Positions 1 through 10,576 of a stretch of 64,000 nt of DNA are shown here, in pieces. Made by a program: the position numbers and the translations under genes. The notes under the pieces were generated by a model. It did not search any database. It was not told the DNA's origin and saw only the letters and a program-made list of their open reading frames with translations. Location: assembly GCA_965243135.1 (NCBI GenBank), contig OZ251539.1, positions 64,001 to 128,000 of the forward strand, read 5' to 3'. This DNA comes from Alphaproteobacteria bacterium (GTDB taxonomy: Bacteria > Pseudomonadota > Alphaproteobacteria > MPNO01 > UBA830). The first letter of the stretch is position 1, and every line of letters starts with the position of its first letter.

Positions 1-799
1 TGCCGCGGTCGCGGGCAAGTTCGAACGCGATCAGGAATACGCTGAGACCCAGCGCGAGATAGATCGCGTTCAGGGAAAGCGACCAGACGAGCCGGTCGAA
101 CAGGAAGACGCCGTCGATGGCGGCCGCCCGCATGCCTTCGAACACGTGCGCCGACGGAAGGGAATAGGCGACCGGCTCCAGCCAGTCGGGCAAGGTGGAA
201 ACGGGATAGTAGATTCCGCTGAGCGGCGCGACGGCGAAGATCGCCGCCCATGTCAGATTTTCCGCTCCAAGCCCGAAACGCAGGACGAGACTCGACACCG
301 CGAGGCCGATCGCCGAACCGAATATCAGTAGGTTGACGAAGAACGCGATCAGCGGGAGGCCCATGTCGAAGACGGAATAGTGGTAAAGGGGAATGGCCAG
401 CAACGCGGCGGGCAATACGCCGATCGCGGTTCGTATGGCGCTGATCGCGAGAAGCGAAATCGCCCATTCGTAGGGGCGGAGCGGGCTGGCGAAAAGCTGG
501 CCGAGATTGCGCGCCCACATTTCCTCGAGAAAGGAAATGCATACGCCGGTATTCGACCTGAACATGACGTCCCAGAGCAGCACGGCCGCGATCAGGATCC
601 CGCCGGCGCGAACGAACCACTCCGAATGCGCCATGAGGAACTGCGACATAAAGCCCCAGATCAGCATTTGCATCGTTGGCCAGTAGGCCAATTCGATCAC
701 CCGCGGCCACGAACTGCGAAGAACGTAGAAGTAGCGCCTGACCATCGCCCCGATGCGTCTCCACGATGGGCGCCGCCCGGCCCGGCGGAGGCTCGTCAT
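1..799 (-). CDS. ABC-2 type transporter permease (3' end runs off the window)
   Basis: Hand translation from ATG at 799, which overlaps the ATPase stop (ATGA): MTSLRRAGRRPSWRRIGAMVRRYFYVLRSSWPRVIELAYWPTMQMLIWGF...; hydrophobic; typical ABC-2 permease N-terminus. Confidence 0.85.
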   Translation of the reverse strand, partial: MTSLRRAGRRPSWRRIGAMVRRYFYVLRSSWPRVIELAYWPTMQMLIWGFMSQFLMAHSEWFVRAGGILIAAVLLWDVMFRSNTGVCISFLEEMWARNLGQLFASPLRPYEWAISLLAISAIRTAIGVLPAALLAIPLYHYSVFDMGLPLIAFFVNLLIFGSAIGLAVSSLVLRFGLGAENLTWAAIFAVAPLSGIYYPVSTLPDWLEPVAYSLPSAHVFEGMRAAAIDGVFLFDRLVWSLSLNAIYLALGLSVFLIAFELARDRG

Positions 800-1527
800 T
801 CGGCGGCGCGCGCGATGTCGAGGAAAACGTCCTCCATGTTCGCGCGTTCGTATTTCGACAGGAGTTCGGCGGGGCTTCCGCGGTCGATGACGCGGCCCGT
901 CTTCATCATGAGCACGTGGTCGCACATCCGCTCGACTTCCAACATGTTGTGCGAGGCGAGCAGGATGGTTGCGCCCCGGCGCTGCCGGAATTCCAGGAGA
1001 AGGCCGCGGACCCAGTCGGCGACGTCCGGATCGAGCGAGGCGGTCGGCTCGTCCAGCAGCAGCAGCTCCGGCTCGTTCAGCAGCGACTTGGCCAGAGAGA
1101 CTCGGGTCTGCTGGCCCGAGGAAAGCTCGCCGAACGGCCGGTCCAGAAAATCGTCGAGCGCCAGACCGGCAGTCAGCTCCGCGACCTTGCCGTCCGGTTC
1201 CGGCACCCCGTACAGCCTGGCGTAAACCTGCAGGTTCTCGCGCGGCGTCAGGCGTTTGGGAAGATCGACGTAAGGCGAGGAAAAATTGATGCGGGGCAAC
1301 GCTTCGTAGCGGTTTCGCCACATGTCGACGCCGAGGACCTCCAGCGACCCTGCGGTCGGCGTCAACAGGCCCAGAAGCATGGAGATCGTCGTGGTCTTGC
1401 CGGCGCCGTTTCCGCCGAGCAAGGCGACGACCGCGCCTTTCTCCACTTCGAAACTCACATGGTCGACGGCCACGATGTCGCCGAAGCGCTTCGTGAGCCC
1501 TTTCACGCTGATGGCAGGATCGAACAT
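796..1527 (-). CDS. ABC transporter ATP-binding protein
   Basis: Walker A GGNGAGKTT, signature LSSGQQ, Walker B LLLLDEPT; start MFDPAISVKGLTKRFG at 1527. Confidence 0.92.
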   Translation of the reverse strand: MFDPAISVKGLTKRFGDIVAVDHVSFEVEKGAVVALLGGNGAGKTTTISMLLGLLTPTAGSLEVLGVDMWRNRYEALPRINFSSPYVDLPKRLTPRENLQVYARLYGVPEPDGKVAELTAGLALDDFLDRPFGELSSGQQTRVSLAKSLLNEPELLLLDEPTASLDPDVADWVRGLLLEFRQRRGATILLASHNMLEVERMCDHVLMMKTGRVIDRGSPAELLSKYERANMEDVFLDIARAAE

Positions 1528-2031
1528 GCCTATGAAATGCCCGCAGGAGAAACGCCAGTCAATTTCCTTTTGCCGGCGGCTGGGTGTAGAACGCCCCTTC
1601 AAGTTGGATGCTGAAGGAAAGCGGCTCGGCCGCCCGGCCGCGAACTGACCCGCAACGCGGGCCGGCGCGGCTTCGAGCAAGCCCGTCGGCTGCGACCGAA
1701 TGCCGCAGCGCGGCCGAACCGGCGGTTGCGCGCCGCCCCGACGCCGTTCTCGGGTCGGGAAATCCGGGGTAGAACGCGATACAGTTCGCGCGCGAATAAA
1801 GCGGCTTGGAATCGGGAGGCTGCGACCATACGCGACGACGGGCCCCGTTTTCCTGGGGCGCTGTTGGAGCGGCCGGGGAAGCCCTGCGTTTCGGCGCGCG
1901 GCGGGCGAGGGGTTCGCCCGGACGCTGTTGCAGAGATCCGGCGAGTGCGTCACTTTCGAGAGCGATGCGCAGGGCGGCGGCGCGGTCGTCAGGGCGTCCT
2001 GGCGGCGGAAGCTGCGACGAAGACGGCGGAG

Positions 2032-2525
2032 ATGAACGCTATCGACAAACATGACGGCAGGACGCTGCTGGACGACGGGCCTCCGTTTCGCTCGCGTCTC
2101 GCGCGGGCGATGCGGTGCCGAGGTTTCGAAGTGTCGACGGCCGACCCGGCGGCCGCGGGAAGCGACAGCGTAAAGAGGCATGCCTTCGCCGTTCCGAGGC
2201 CGAAAGACGGCAACCGGCTCGACGCGGTCGCGGCCGGCGAGCGCCCGGACTCCCGGATCGCGACGCTGGCCGGGTGCGCTGCGGCGGCGACCGCGGCCGG
2301 AAAAGCCGGCGCGGTCGACTGTCTCGCCAGGCCGACGGACGCCGACGCCGCTCCGCTGGTCACCGGGTCGGAGTTGCCGCCGCCGCCCGAACTCCCGTTG
2401 TCCGCCGAACGCGTAAGGCGGGAACGCACCCTGAGAGTCTACGAGCGGCGCGGCGGAACCCGCGTCGTCGAACCCTGCGACGCGTCCTGGCCAGGCGCGC
2501 GCCTCGCGAAACCGGCGATGCATAG
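2032..2525 (+). pseudogene. regA: Degenerate RegA/PrrA/ActR-family response regulator
   Basis: Recognisable segments FRSRLARAMRCRGFEV, DGNRLD, KAGAVDCLARPTDAD and LPPPPELPLSAERVRRE. The HTH tail RRRTLRRVLARRAPR lies in another frame (ORF 2115..2525). The phospho-acceptor Asp is missing. Confidence 0.75.
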
Positions 2526-2564
2526 GGTTCCGCGCAGCCGGCGCGCGAGGCGGGAGACGCGGCC

Positions 2565-3233
2565 GTGCTGACGCTCTATCACGACTGGCTGTCGCCCTTC
2601 TGCAGGAAGATTCGGGTCGCGCTCGCCGAGAAGAAGCTGGATTTCGAGCTCGAGCTGGAGGACGCCGCGCTGCGGCGTCCCGAGTTTCTCGCCATGAATC
2701 CCGCCTGCGACACGCCGGTGCTGGTGGAGGACGGGGGACCGGTGGTTTCGAGTTCCGGCGCGATCTCGGAATATCTCGAAGAGAGGCATCCGGATCCGCC
2801 GCTGTATCCCGGCGACGCGGCGGACCGCGCGGAAATCCGCAGGCTGATCGCGTGGTTCGACCTCAAGTTCGATCACGAGGTGACCGGAAACCTGCTCGGG
2901 GAAAAAGTGGGCAAGCGAATGGCGGGCGGCGGGTCGCCCGACACCATGGTCATGCGCGCCGGGCGGGAGAACTTCCATATCCACCTGGACTACATCGCAT
3001 GGCTGACCGAGCGTCGGCATTGGCTGGCGGGCGAAGCGTTCTCCATGGCGGATATCGCGGCGGGCGCTCATCTGTCCTGCCTCGACTACATCGAGGAAGT
3101 GCCCTGGAGCGATCACGCGCAGGCCAGGGAGTGGTACGCCCGTCTCAAATCCCGTCCGTCCTTTCGCGACGTTCTGACCGACCGCGTACCGGGAATGCAG
3201 CCGCCCGACCACTACGCGGACCCGGATTTCTGA
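2565..3233 (+). CDS. fzlA: Glutathione S-transferase-like FtsZ-binding protein FzlA
   Basis: GST N-terminus LYHDWLSPFCRKIR; WYARLKSRPSFR and the C-terminal YADPDF are typical of alphaproteobacterial FzlA. Confidence 0.75.
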   Translation: MLTLYHDWLSPFCRKIRVALAEKKLDFELELEDAALRRPEFLAMNPACDTPVLVEDGGPVVSSSGAISEYLEERHPDPPLYPGDAADRAEIRRLIAWFDLKFDHEVTGNLLGEKVGKRMAGGGSPDTMVMRAGRENFHIHLDYIAWLTERRHWLAGEAFSMADIAAGAHLSCLDYIEEVPWSDHAQAREWYARLKSRPSFRDVLTDRVPGMQPPDHYADPDF

Positions 3234-3476
3234 ATCCGGCGGGCGGCGCGCCCGCCGCGGCGGCCGCGAGGCCGCCTGCGCGCAAACCGCGCCGGACGGC
3301 GGCGGCGCTTCCGGCCGCTTCGCCGGGCCGCCAGGGAAACGGCGGGCTTCGGCGCTCTCGGCGAAGAGCCGGTCGGCGGGGCCGTTCGCCGATTGTCAGG
3401 CGGCGCGCGCGTAGTAAGATTCCGGGACTTCGCGCGGAAGAGCCCGGGGAGCGGACGGCGTCGTCGAGGGGAAGCG

Positions 3477-4760
3477 ATGGTCAGGGTCAGTCACATGCTG
3501 GGAGCGCTGGTCGAGCTCGGCAGGCATTATCTCGAACGATCGCCCGCGGGCGGCGATGTCGAGGCGTTGGCGTCGGGATGCCGCGACCTCGTTTCCGTCG
3601 TCGGAGAAGCGTCGGGGACGGCGCTGGCCGGCGACATCGTGCAGCGCTATCTGGCTCTCGACGACGACGGCAGGTTGGACGTTCTGAAGAGACTCGACCG
3701 CGAATTCGCACCCGATGCGGACAAGGTCGCCGCGGCGTGCCGCGGCTTTCTGTCGACGCCCGCGCAAGAAGCGTATCTGGATCTCGCGCAGGCCATCGAA
3801 GCGCCGCGCCAGGAGCTATTTCGGCGCCTGAACATGGCGCCGGGCGGCACGGCGGCCATCGTCGGCATGCGCGGACTCCTGCTCTCCCGGCGGGAAACTG
3901 GAGCGGCGGGGTTGGAATACGATCTGCTGCACTTGCTGTCGTCCTGGTTCAATCGCGGGTTTCTGCAGTTCGAACGCGTCGACTGGCGAACGCCGGCGGT
4001 CGTTCTCGAAAAGCTCATCGCCTACGAGGCCGTGCACGCGATAACGGGATGGGACGATCTCCGGCGCCGCCTGGCGCCGGATCGCCGTTGCTTCGCGTTC
4101 TTTCACCCGGCCTTGCCGGACGAGCCCCTGATATTCGTCGAGGTGGCCCTCACCCGCGGCCTCGCCGGCCGGATCCGCGATCTGATCGACGCGCCCGAAA
4201 AGGCGGACGAAAAGGCCGACACCGCGATATTCTACTCGATCAGCAATTGCCAGAGCGGACTGGCCGGGATCAGTTTCGGGAACTTTCTGATCAAGCAGGT
4301 GGTCGACGCGATCCGGGACGAACTTCCCGAGATCAAGCGGTTCGCGACCCTCTCGCCGATACCGGGGTTTCGGCGCTGGCTGGACGAGACGCTGGTCGAC
4401 GAATTGCCGGTGACCCTGGCGGAAGAGGACGTGGAGGCGCTGGACAGGGGCGACTGGCAGCGCGACGAGGCGTCCCGGCAATCGCTTCGACCGGCCTTGA
4501 TGCAGCTTTGCGCCGCGTATCTCCTCGAGCCGGGCGGTCCGGACCCCGTCGCCCGCTTCCACCTCGGCAACGGAGCGCGCGTCGAGCGGATCAACTGGGA
4601 CGCCGACCCGTCCCCGAAAGGCGTCGAACAGTCCGCCGGGATGATGGTCAACTACCTTTATGCGCCTCAGCGGATCGTCGCCAATCACGAGGCGTTCGCG
4701 CGGCACGGCGCCGTCGCGGCCTCGAGCGGGGTTTCGAGGCTGGCCGCGGGGCGGAGCTGA
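3477..4760 (+). CDS. Malonyl-CoA decarboxylase
   Basis: Motifs PRQELFRRLN, LLSSWFNRGFL, YEAVH, EPLIFVEVAL, FYSISN, ATLSPIPGF, DPVARFHLGNGA, MMVNYLY. Confidence 0.92.
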   Translation: MVRVSHMLGALVELGRHYLERSPAGGDVEALASGCRDLVSVVGEASGTALAGDIVQRYLALDDDGRLDVLKRLDREFAPDADKVAAACRGFLSTPAQEAYLDLAQAIEAPRQELFRRLNMAPGGTAAIVGMRGLLLSRRETGAAGLEYDLLHLLSSWFNRGFLQFERVDWRTPAVVLEKLIAYEAVHAITGWDDLRRRLAPDRRCFAFFHPALPDEPLIFVEVALTRGLAGRIRDLIDAPEKADEKADTAIFYSISNCQSGLAGISFGNFLIKQVVDAIRDELPEIKRFATLSPIPGFRRWLDETLVDELPVTLAEEDVEALDRGDWQRDEASRQSLRPALMQLCAAYLLEPGGPDPVARFHLGNGARVERINWDADPSPKGVEQSAGMMVNYLYAPQRIVANHEAFARHGAVAASSGVSRLAAGRS

Positions 4761-4866
4761 ACGCCGCTCCGCGGCGGGCGTCCGTCGCCGGAGGGGAAAG
4801 GGGATCCCGCGAAAAAAAAGCGTTCGCGACGCGTTTTCGATGGTAAAATGTTCGAGGGAAAAGGAC

Positions 4867-5580
4867 ATGCAGCTGAACGACGAACGCTGGCGCGCCCCGG
4901 AAGGCGCGACGATATACGCGATCGGCGACATTCACGGCCGGGCCGATCTCCTGCGCGATCTGCACGCCAGGATACGCGCCGATTTCGCCGAACGCCGTCC
5001 GGACCGGGCGAAGATGATTTACCTCGGCGATTACGTCGACCGCGGCCCGGCATCCCGCGAGGTGATCGACCTCATTCTGAACGAACGGCCCGAGGGCGTG
5101 GAAACGGTCTGCCTTCTCGGAAATCACGAGGATCTCATGCTGTCCTTTCTGGACGGCGGATCGATGGCGCTGGATTGGCGGCCGAACGGCGGCGGCGAGA
5201 CGATGCGGAGCTACGGCGTCGATCCCGAATCGCCGTACAGCCGAAGCGAACTCGAGAAGCGGTTGCCGGAAGCGCACATGGAATTCCTTCGATCCCTCGA
5301 ACTCTACCATGTCGAGGGCGATTACCTGTTCGTGCACGCGGGTATCGTGCCGGAGATGCCGCTGTCGGAACAGTTGCGCTTCGATCTGACCTGGATTCGG
5401 GAGGAATTCCTCGAATCCGACGTGGACCACGGCAAATGCGTCGTCCACGGGCATACCATTCGCAAGGAGGTGGACGTCCGGCCGAACCGGATCGGCATCG
5501 ACACCGGCGCGTTCTTCACCGGCAAGCTGACCTGCCTGGCGCTCGAAGGGAATTCGCGATCCCTGATTCAGACGTCGTGA
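4867..5580 (+). CDS. Calcineurin-like metallophosphoesterase (Ser/Thr protein phosphatase family)
   Basis: Motifs GDIHG, GDYVDRG, GNHE, HAG, HGHT, IDTG. Confidence 0.92.
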   Translation: MQLNDERWRAPEGATIYAIGDIHGRADLLRDLHARIRADFAERRPDRAKMIYLGDYVDRGPASREVIDLILNERPEGVETVCLLGNHEDLMLSFLDGGSMALDWRPNGGGETMRSYGVDPESPYSRSELEKRLPEAHMEFLRSLELYHVEGDYLFVHAGIVPEMPLSEQLRFDLTWIREEFLESDVDHGKCVVHGHTIRKEVDVRPNRIGIDTGAFFTGKLTCLALEGNSRSLIQTS

Positions 5581-5635
5581 GCCGCGGCCCGCGCTTCGGC
5601 CCGGGCCGCGCCGCCGGGACGGGCGGCGAAGAGCC

Positions 5636-5827
5636 TTGAAGGCTCTCGCGTTCTTTCTGAGCGCGTTGCTGGCGCTCGCCGTGGCGGGCGCCGTGCATGT
5701 CTGGAACGAAATCGGCGACGTCGAGATGAGCGCCCTCGGCGTTTTCGCGATGGCGGGCGGCGCGCTCGCGACCCTCGGTCTCGGAATCGGCCTGATGCGA
5801 CTGATATTCAGGAGCGAACGCCGGTAA
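5636..5827 (+). CDS. Small membrane protein (two predicted TM helices)
   Basis: 63 aa with two hydrophobic stretches, ending LGIGLMRLIFRSERR; TTG start. Confidence 0.6.
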   Translation: MKALAFFLSALLALAVAGAVHVWNEIGDVEMSALGVFAMAGGALATLGLGIGLMRLIFRSERR

Positions 5828-5884
5828 CCCCGGCCGGACGTTCGCGGACGAAGCGCAGAAACGAGCGCGCGGGCGGCCCCGCGT

Positions 5885-6994
5885 TCAGAAAGCGATCACG
5901 CTCCGGATCGACTTGCCTTCGTGCATCAGGTCGAACGCGTCGTTTATGTCGTCGAGCGGCATGGTGTGGGTGATCATCGGGTCGATCTCGATCTTCCCGT
6001 CCATGTACCAGTCGACGATGCGGGGCACGTCGCGGCGGCTCCTGGCGCCGCCGAAGGCCGTTCCTTTCCAGACCCGCCCGGTAACCAGCTGAAACGGACG
6101 GGTCGAGATTTCCTGGCCTGCGCCGGCGACGCCGATGATGACGCTGACTCCCCATCCCCGGTGGCAGCATTCGAGCGCCTGGCGCATGGTGTCGACGTTG
6201 CCGATGCATTCGAAGGAGTAGTCGGCGCCGCCGTCCGTCAGGTCGACCAGGTAGGCGATCAGGTCGCCGTCGACCTCGGACGGATTGACGAAGTGGGTCA
6301 TGCCGAACCGCTCGGCCATTTCCTTCTTCGCGGGATTCAGGTCGATGCCGACGATCGTTCCGGCGCCGGCGAGGCGGGCGCCCTGGATTACGTTCAGCCC
6401 GATTCCGCCGAGGCCGAAGACGACCACGCTGGCGCCGGGCTCGACCTTCGCCGTGTTGATGACGGCTCCGATGCCTGTCGTCACGCCGCAGCCGATGTAG
6501 CAAATCTTGTCGAACGGCGCGTCCTCGCGGACTTTCGCGAGGGCGATTTCGGGCACCACGGTGTGGTTCGCGAACGTCGAGGTGCCCATGTAGTGATGGA
6601 TCTTCTCTCCGCCGAGCGAAAACCGGCTGGTGCCGTCGGGCATGACGCCCTGTCCCTGGGTCGCGCGGATCGCGGTGCAGAGATTGGTCTTGCCCGAGAG
6701 GCAGGACTTGCATTGCCGGCATTCCGGAATGTAGAGCGGAATCACGTGGTCGCCCTTTTCGAGGGCGGTCACGCCGGGTCCGGCGTCGACCACGACGCCG
6801 GCGCCCTCGTGTCCGAGAATCGCGGGGAACAGGCCTTCCGGGTCGGCGCCCGAGAGCGTGAACTCGTCGGTATGGCAGACGCCGGTCGCCTTGATCTCGA
6901 CGAGTACCTCGCCTTCCCGCGGGCCTTCGAGGGTGACGGTTTCGACGGCGAGGGGCTTGCCCGCTTCGGCGGCGATCGCGGCGCGCGTTTCCAT
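5885..6994 (-). CDS. frmA: S-(hydroxymethyl)glutathione dehydrogenase / class III alcohol dehydrogenase
   Basis: Motifs GVCHTD, GHEGAG, structural-Zn [35 protein letters not shown]. Confidence 0.95.
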   Translation of the reverse strand: METRAAIAAEAGKPLAVETVTLEGPREGEVLVEIKATGVCHTDEFTLSGADPEGLFPAILGHEGAGVVVDAGPGVTALEKGDHVIPLYIPECRQCKSCLSGKTNLCTAIRATQGQGVMPDGTSRFSLGGEKIHHYMGTSTFANHTVVPEIALAKVREDAPFDKICYIGCGVTTGIGAVINTAKVEPGASVVVFGLGGIGLNVIQGARLAGAGTIVGIDLNPAKKEMAERFGMTHFVNPSEVDGDLIAYLVDLTDGGADYSFECIGNVDTMRQALECCHRGWGVSVIIGVAGAGQEISTRPFQLVTGRVWKGTAFGGARSRRDVPRIVDWYMDGKIEIDPMITHTMPLDDINDAFDLMHEGKSIRSVIAF

Positions 6995-7175
6995 ATCGTG
7001 AATCCTTCCGTTGTCCGACGCGCGGCATGTTTTCAGCAGAGCGGCTCCGATGCAAGCGGAATCGCGCGGCGTCCCGCCCGCGCCGCCGGTTTCGCGCCGT
7101 CGACCCAGGCGGCCTTGCCCGGCCGTTCCCTCCCGGGCGCCGCGAGCCGGGTCGCCGGGCGGCGAACGGGTTTCC

Positions 7176-8018
7176 CTATCCCGCCCCGGCGATCGCCGCG
7201 AGCACCGGCATGAGGTACTCGCGGAACTTCGCCGGATTCTCCGACATCGGAAAATGCCCGAGCTCTTTCATGATGACCGCTTCGACGCCGATTCTGCGGG
7301 CCGTCCGCAAGGTGTCTTCCGGCGTGCAGGAGAAGTCGTACTCCCCCGTCATCAGGTAAACCGGGCACCGCGCCGGATCGATTTTCAGATCGCGGTAATC
7401 GGAATCGGACCGGTAGAAGTGAAGGTCTCCCTTGAATATCCCGGGTCCGCCGGCCAGATAGCCCCAAAGCGTTTCCCAGCGGCGCTCTTCCGGGCTCTGC
7501 GGCGCGACGAGGCCCGAGATCAGGGCCGCGCAGACTTCGCCGCCGTGCACGTCGGGACGATGCAGCCAGTCGCGGTCGTACCACGGTTCCTGATGATCGG
7601 CCGCCTCGACGCCGATCACCGCCCGGAATTCGTCCGGCCGGACGCCGGCGAGGCGAAGGGCGATTCGGCCGCCCATCGAGCAGCCGAGCAGGACCGGCCG
7701 GTCGAGATCCAGCGCCGCGCAGAACGCCCGGACGGTCTCTTCGTAGAGTTTCGCGGTCAGCCGGTACTCCTCCTCGTGATATCCGGAGGGCGGCAGCGAC
7801 TTGCCGTGCCACGGCATGTCGAACGCGACGACGCGGAACCTTCCGGCGATCGCGTCGTCGTTCAACATATGCCGATACTGCGTCGCGTCGGATCCCGCCG
7901 TGTGAAGGCACAGCAGCGGAACGCCGGAGCCGGCTTCCTCGAAGTAGACGCGATGCGCCCGGCCGCCGATGTCGAAATGCACGTAGCGGCCGACGACCGG
8001 TTCCAGGCGGCCGGTCAC
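7176..8018 (-). CDS. Alpha/beta-fold hydrolase
   Basis: [15 protein letters not shown], nucleophile elbow [15 protein letters not shown]; GTG start overlaps the upstream stop. Confidence 0.85.
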   Translation of the reverse strand: MTGRLEPVVGRYVHFDIGGRAHRVYFEEAGSGVPLLCLHTAGSDATQYRHMLNDDAIAGRFRVVAFDMPWHGKSLPPSGYHEEEYRLTAKLYEETVRAFCAALDLDRPVLLGCSMGGRIALRLAGVRPDEFRAVIGVEAADHQEPWYDRDWLHRPDVHGGEVCAALISGLVAPQSPEERRWETLWGYLAGGPGIFKGDLHFYRSDSDYRDLKIDPARCPVYLMTGEYDFSCTPEDTLRTARRIGVEAVIMKELGHFPMSENPAKFREYLMPVLAAIAGAG

Positions 8019-8380
8019 GGTTCCGGCTCCCGGCGCAGCGACGCGAGAACCTCCTTGAAGTAGCGGAGATTCGCCATGAAGGGTTGAAGATCGCCCTCGA
8101 TCGCGGCTTCGCCGGATTTCGTCATCGCGAAGATGTCGTGGTAGCCGGGCCGCGGCGTCGGCGCCGTAAACTCCCGCCACGCCTCTTCCGTCACGCGGAT
8201 CGCGAACCGCCATGACGCCATGACGTGCGGGCGCTCGCGAGCCGCCGCGACTCTGCCTCGCAAGATTTCGATCAGCCACTCGTCGCCGCCGACGCCGAGA
8301 AGAAACGTCACGGTCAAGCGCCTTCCGCGCCGGACGAGGCTCGCGTTTTCGTTTACGGCGCGGGGCAGGGCGTCGAACAT
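8015..8380 (-). CDS. SCP2/sterol-carrier-like small protein
   Basis: MFDALPRAVNEN...IEGDLQPFMANLRYFKEVL; size, pattern and position before a hydrolase fit an SCP2-like fold. Confidence 0.55.
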   Translation of the reverse strand: MFDALPRAVNENASLVRRGRRLTVTFLLGVGGDEWLIEILRGRVAAARERPHVMASWRFAIRVTEEAWREFTAPTPRPGYHDIFAMTKSGEAAIEGDLQPFMANLRYFKEVLASLRREPEP

Positions 8381-8418
8381 CGGCGGGCGCGGCGGAAGCT
8401 CGTTCGCGCGCGCGGCGT

Positions 8419-9192
8419 CTACGGGGCGACCCCGGCGGCTCCGGCGATCAGCCCCCAGAACGCGGAGGGATCCTCCGCATGGGCATTGTGGCCGAGGCCG
8501 CCGAGCTCGACCGCGCCGGGGTCGAGCGTCCGGAGGTCGGTTACCGAGACCATCCGGTCGCGCTCGCCGGCCGCCAGGATCACCGGCGCGCCGGCGACGG
8601 CGTGAATTTTCCTCGTGTCGGCGCGGGCAACCATGGCGGCCCGGTTGTCCGCCGCGAGCCGCCAGCGGCCCGCCTCGGCGGCGACGCCGGAGGCCGCGGC
8701 GTCGGAGGCGGGGTCGACGATGCCCTTGAGGCCGGTCACCAGAACGAAGCGTTCGCGCGCTTCCCGCTCGGTGTCGAACCAGCGCGCCGGCGCCTCGACC
8801 AGCCTGTCGATCGCGGAACGCTCCTCTTCTTTCCAGTCGACCTTGACGCCGACGGCGACGACCGCGGCCGGCGTCACGCCGAACCATCCGCTGGCCATCA
8901 GAATGCCCACGAGTCCACCCATGGAATGGCCGGCCAGGTACGGCGCATCCGCGCCGTCCAGAAGCGCCGCCATGTCGGCGGCGTGGCGGCCGATGCCGTA
9001 GTCGCCGCAATGCGCCGAACGGCCATGTCCCCGCATGTCGGGAACGATCCAGCGTCCCGGCCATTTCTCCCGCAGGATGTTCCGCAGGCCGGTCCATACC
9101 TCGCCCGTGCCCGACAGCCCGTGCATCAGCAGGAGCGCCGGGTCCCCGCCGGTCCCGCCCTCCTCGACCCAAAGCCCCGAGCCGGTTCTCAT
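8419..9192 (-). CDS. Alpha/beta-fold hydrolase
   Basis: LLMHG, PDMRGHGRS, GHSMGG, GHNAH; ATGA overlap with the upstream gene. Confidence 0.88.
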   Translation of the reverse strand: MRTGSGLWVEEGGTGGDPALLLMHGLSGTGEVWTGLRNILREKWPGRWIVPDMRGHGRSAHCGDYGIGRHAADMAALLDGADAPYLAGHSMGGLVGILMASGWFGVTPAAVVAVGVKVDWKEEERSAIDRLVEAPARWFDTEREARERFVLVTGLKGIVDPASDAAASGVAAEAGRWRLAADNRAAMVARADTRKIHAVAGAPVILAAGERDRMVSVTDLRTLDPGAVELGGLGHNAHAEDPSAFWGLIAGAAGVAP

Positions 9193-10046
9193 CTTCCGGT
9201 CCAGACGGGCTTGCGCTTTTCGCGGAACGCCGCGTTGCCCTCGCGCGCGTCCTGCGACTGGATCAGAACGGACTGGCCGAGCCGCTCGATCAGGCGACCG
9301 GTTTCCGTGTCGGCGTTCTGGCAGGTGTTGATGACGTGCTTCGCCATGCCCAGCGCCAGCGGCGCCCGCTCCCGCAGCACTCGCGCGAACCCCAGCGTTC
9401 CTTCCATGAGGTCGTCCGGCGCGAACACGCGATTGACCATGCCCCACCGCTCGGCCGCGGCCGCTCCGACGGGGAGCGTCGTCATCATCATCTCCTTCAG
9501 CCGTCCGATGCCGATAAGCTGGATCATGCGCGAGGCCGCCCCCGACGCGGGAATGACGCCGATGTTGTTCTCGGTCAGAACGAATTCGGCGTCTTCGGAC
9601 GCCGTGCGGAAATCGCTGGCGACCGCGATCTCCACGCCGCCGCCGGCGCATATCCCGTTGACCATCGAGATCACCGGCTTTTCCATGTTCTCGACGTCGT
9701 CCAGCATTTCGTGGTTGGCCCGGACATAGGCGCGGTACTGCGGCGACGGCAGGTTGTTCTCGTAGTCGAGGCCGAGAATGTCGCGTCCCGAGCAGAAACC
9801 GCGCCCCGCGCCGGTCACGACGAGCACGCGGACCGCGTCGTCGAAATTCGCCTTCCAGATCGCCGATCGAATCTCGCGGATCATGCGTTCGTCGAAGGCG
9901 TTGAGCTTTTCCGGCCGGTCGAGCGTCAACACGGCGATTCCCTCTTCGGCCGTTTCGAACCGGATGGTTTCGTATTCTTCCGGGTGATCGATGAAACCGA
10001 GCGGCTTGCCGCCGCCATCGAGCCGGACTCTCTGTGCTTTCGACAT
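9189..10046 (-). CDS. Enoyl-CoA hydratase/isomerase family protein
   Basis: Motifs LDRPEKLNAF, FCSGRD, KPVISMVNGICAGGGVE, AFREKRKP. Confidence 0.9.
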   Translation of the reverse strand: MSKAQRVRLDGGGKPLGFIDHPEEYETIRFETAEEGIAVLTLDRPEKLNAFDERMIREIRSAIWKANFDDAVRVLVVTGAGRGFCSGRDILGLDYENNLPSPQYRAYVRANHEMLDDVENMEKPVISMVNGICAGGGVEIAVASDFRTASEDAEFVLTENNIGVIPASGAASRMIQLIGIGRLKEMMMTTLPVGAAAAERWGMVNRVFAPDDLMEGTLGFARVLRERAPLALGMAKHVINTCQNADTETGRLIERLGQSVLIQSQDAREGNAAFREKRKPVWTGR

Positions 10047-10105
10047 GTCCCCGCATTCCGCGCGTCCGGGCATCCTGTCGTTTCTCCCGATTGTTATCAA
10101 CCGGC

Positions 10106-10576
10106 TCAGAGCGGTACGCAGATGCCGTTCATTACGCTGTCGCAGTCGACGAGTTCGACCTTCTTCCAACGGATGAGAAAGCTGCCTCCGCCGGGCTCCA
10201 GCCCGTGCCATTGCGTGCCGCCGAACAGGCGTTGCCGGTCGCTGCGGTATTCGATCGCCTGGAACTTCGACCGGACGGTTACGATGCCGTCGGCCTCGCT
10301 CTCGATCGTCGGGTTGGCGACGATGCGGCTGGTTCGGGACTGCGGCGTTTGGGCATGCGCCCGCGCGGCGGCGAGTCGGCGCACGCGGGTTTCGAGAAGC
10401 CTCCGGTCGTCGTAGATCAGCGAGACCGTGTTCCTCGGGTCGGCTTGACCTTCTTCCACGGGCATCCAATACCACGCCTTCTCGCCGAACAGCGCCAGCC
10501 ACTCTTCCCATCGCCGTTCGTCCAGGAGACGGGCTTCGCCGACGAGAAACGCCTCTATGGACGCGGCGAGGGACAT
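10106..10576 (-). CDS. Aromatic ring-hydroxylating dioxygenase beta subunit
   Basis: EARLLDERRWEEWLALF, YWMP, SLIYDD; directly follows the alpha subunit. Confidence 0.9.
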   Translation of the reverse strand: MSLAASIEAFLVGEARLLDERRWEEWLALFGEKAWYWMPVEEGQADPRNTVSLIYDDRRLLETRVRRLAAARAHAQTPQSRTSRIVANPTIESEADGIVTVRSKFQAIEYRSDRQRLFGGTQWHGLEPGGGSFLIRWKKVELVDCDSVMNGICVPL

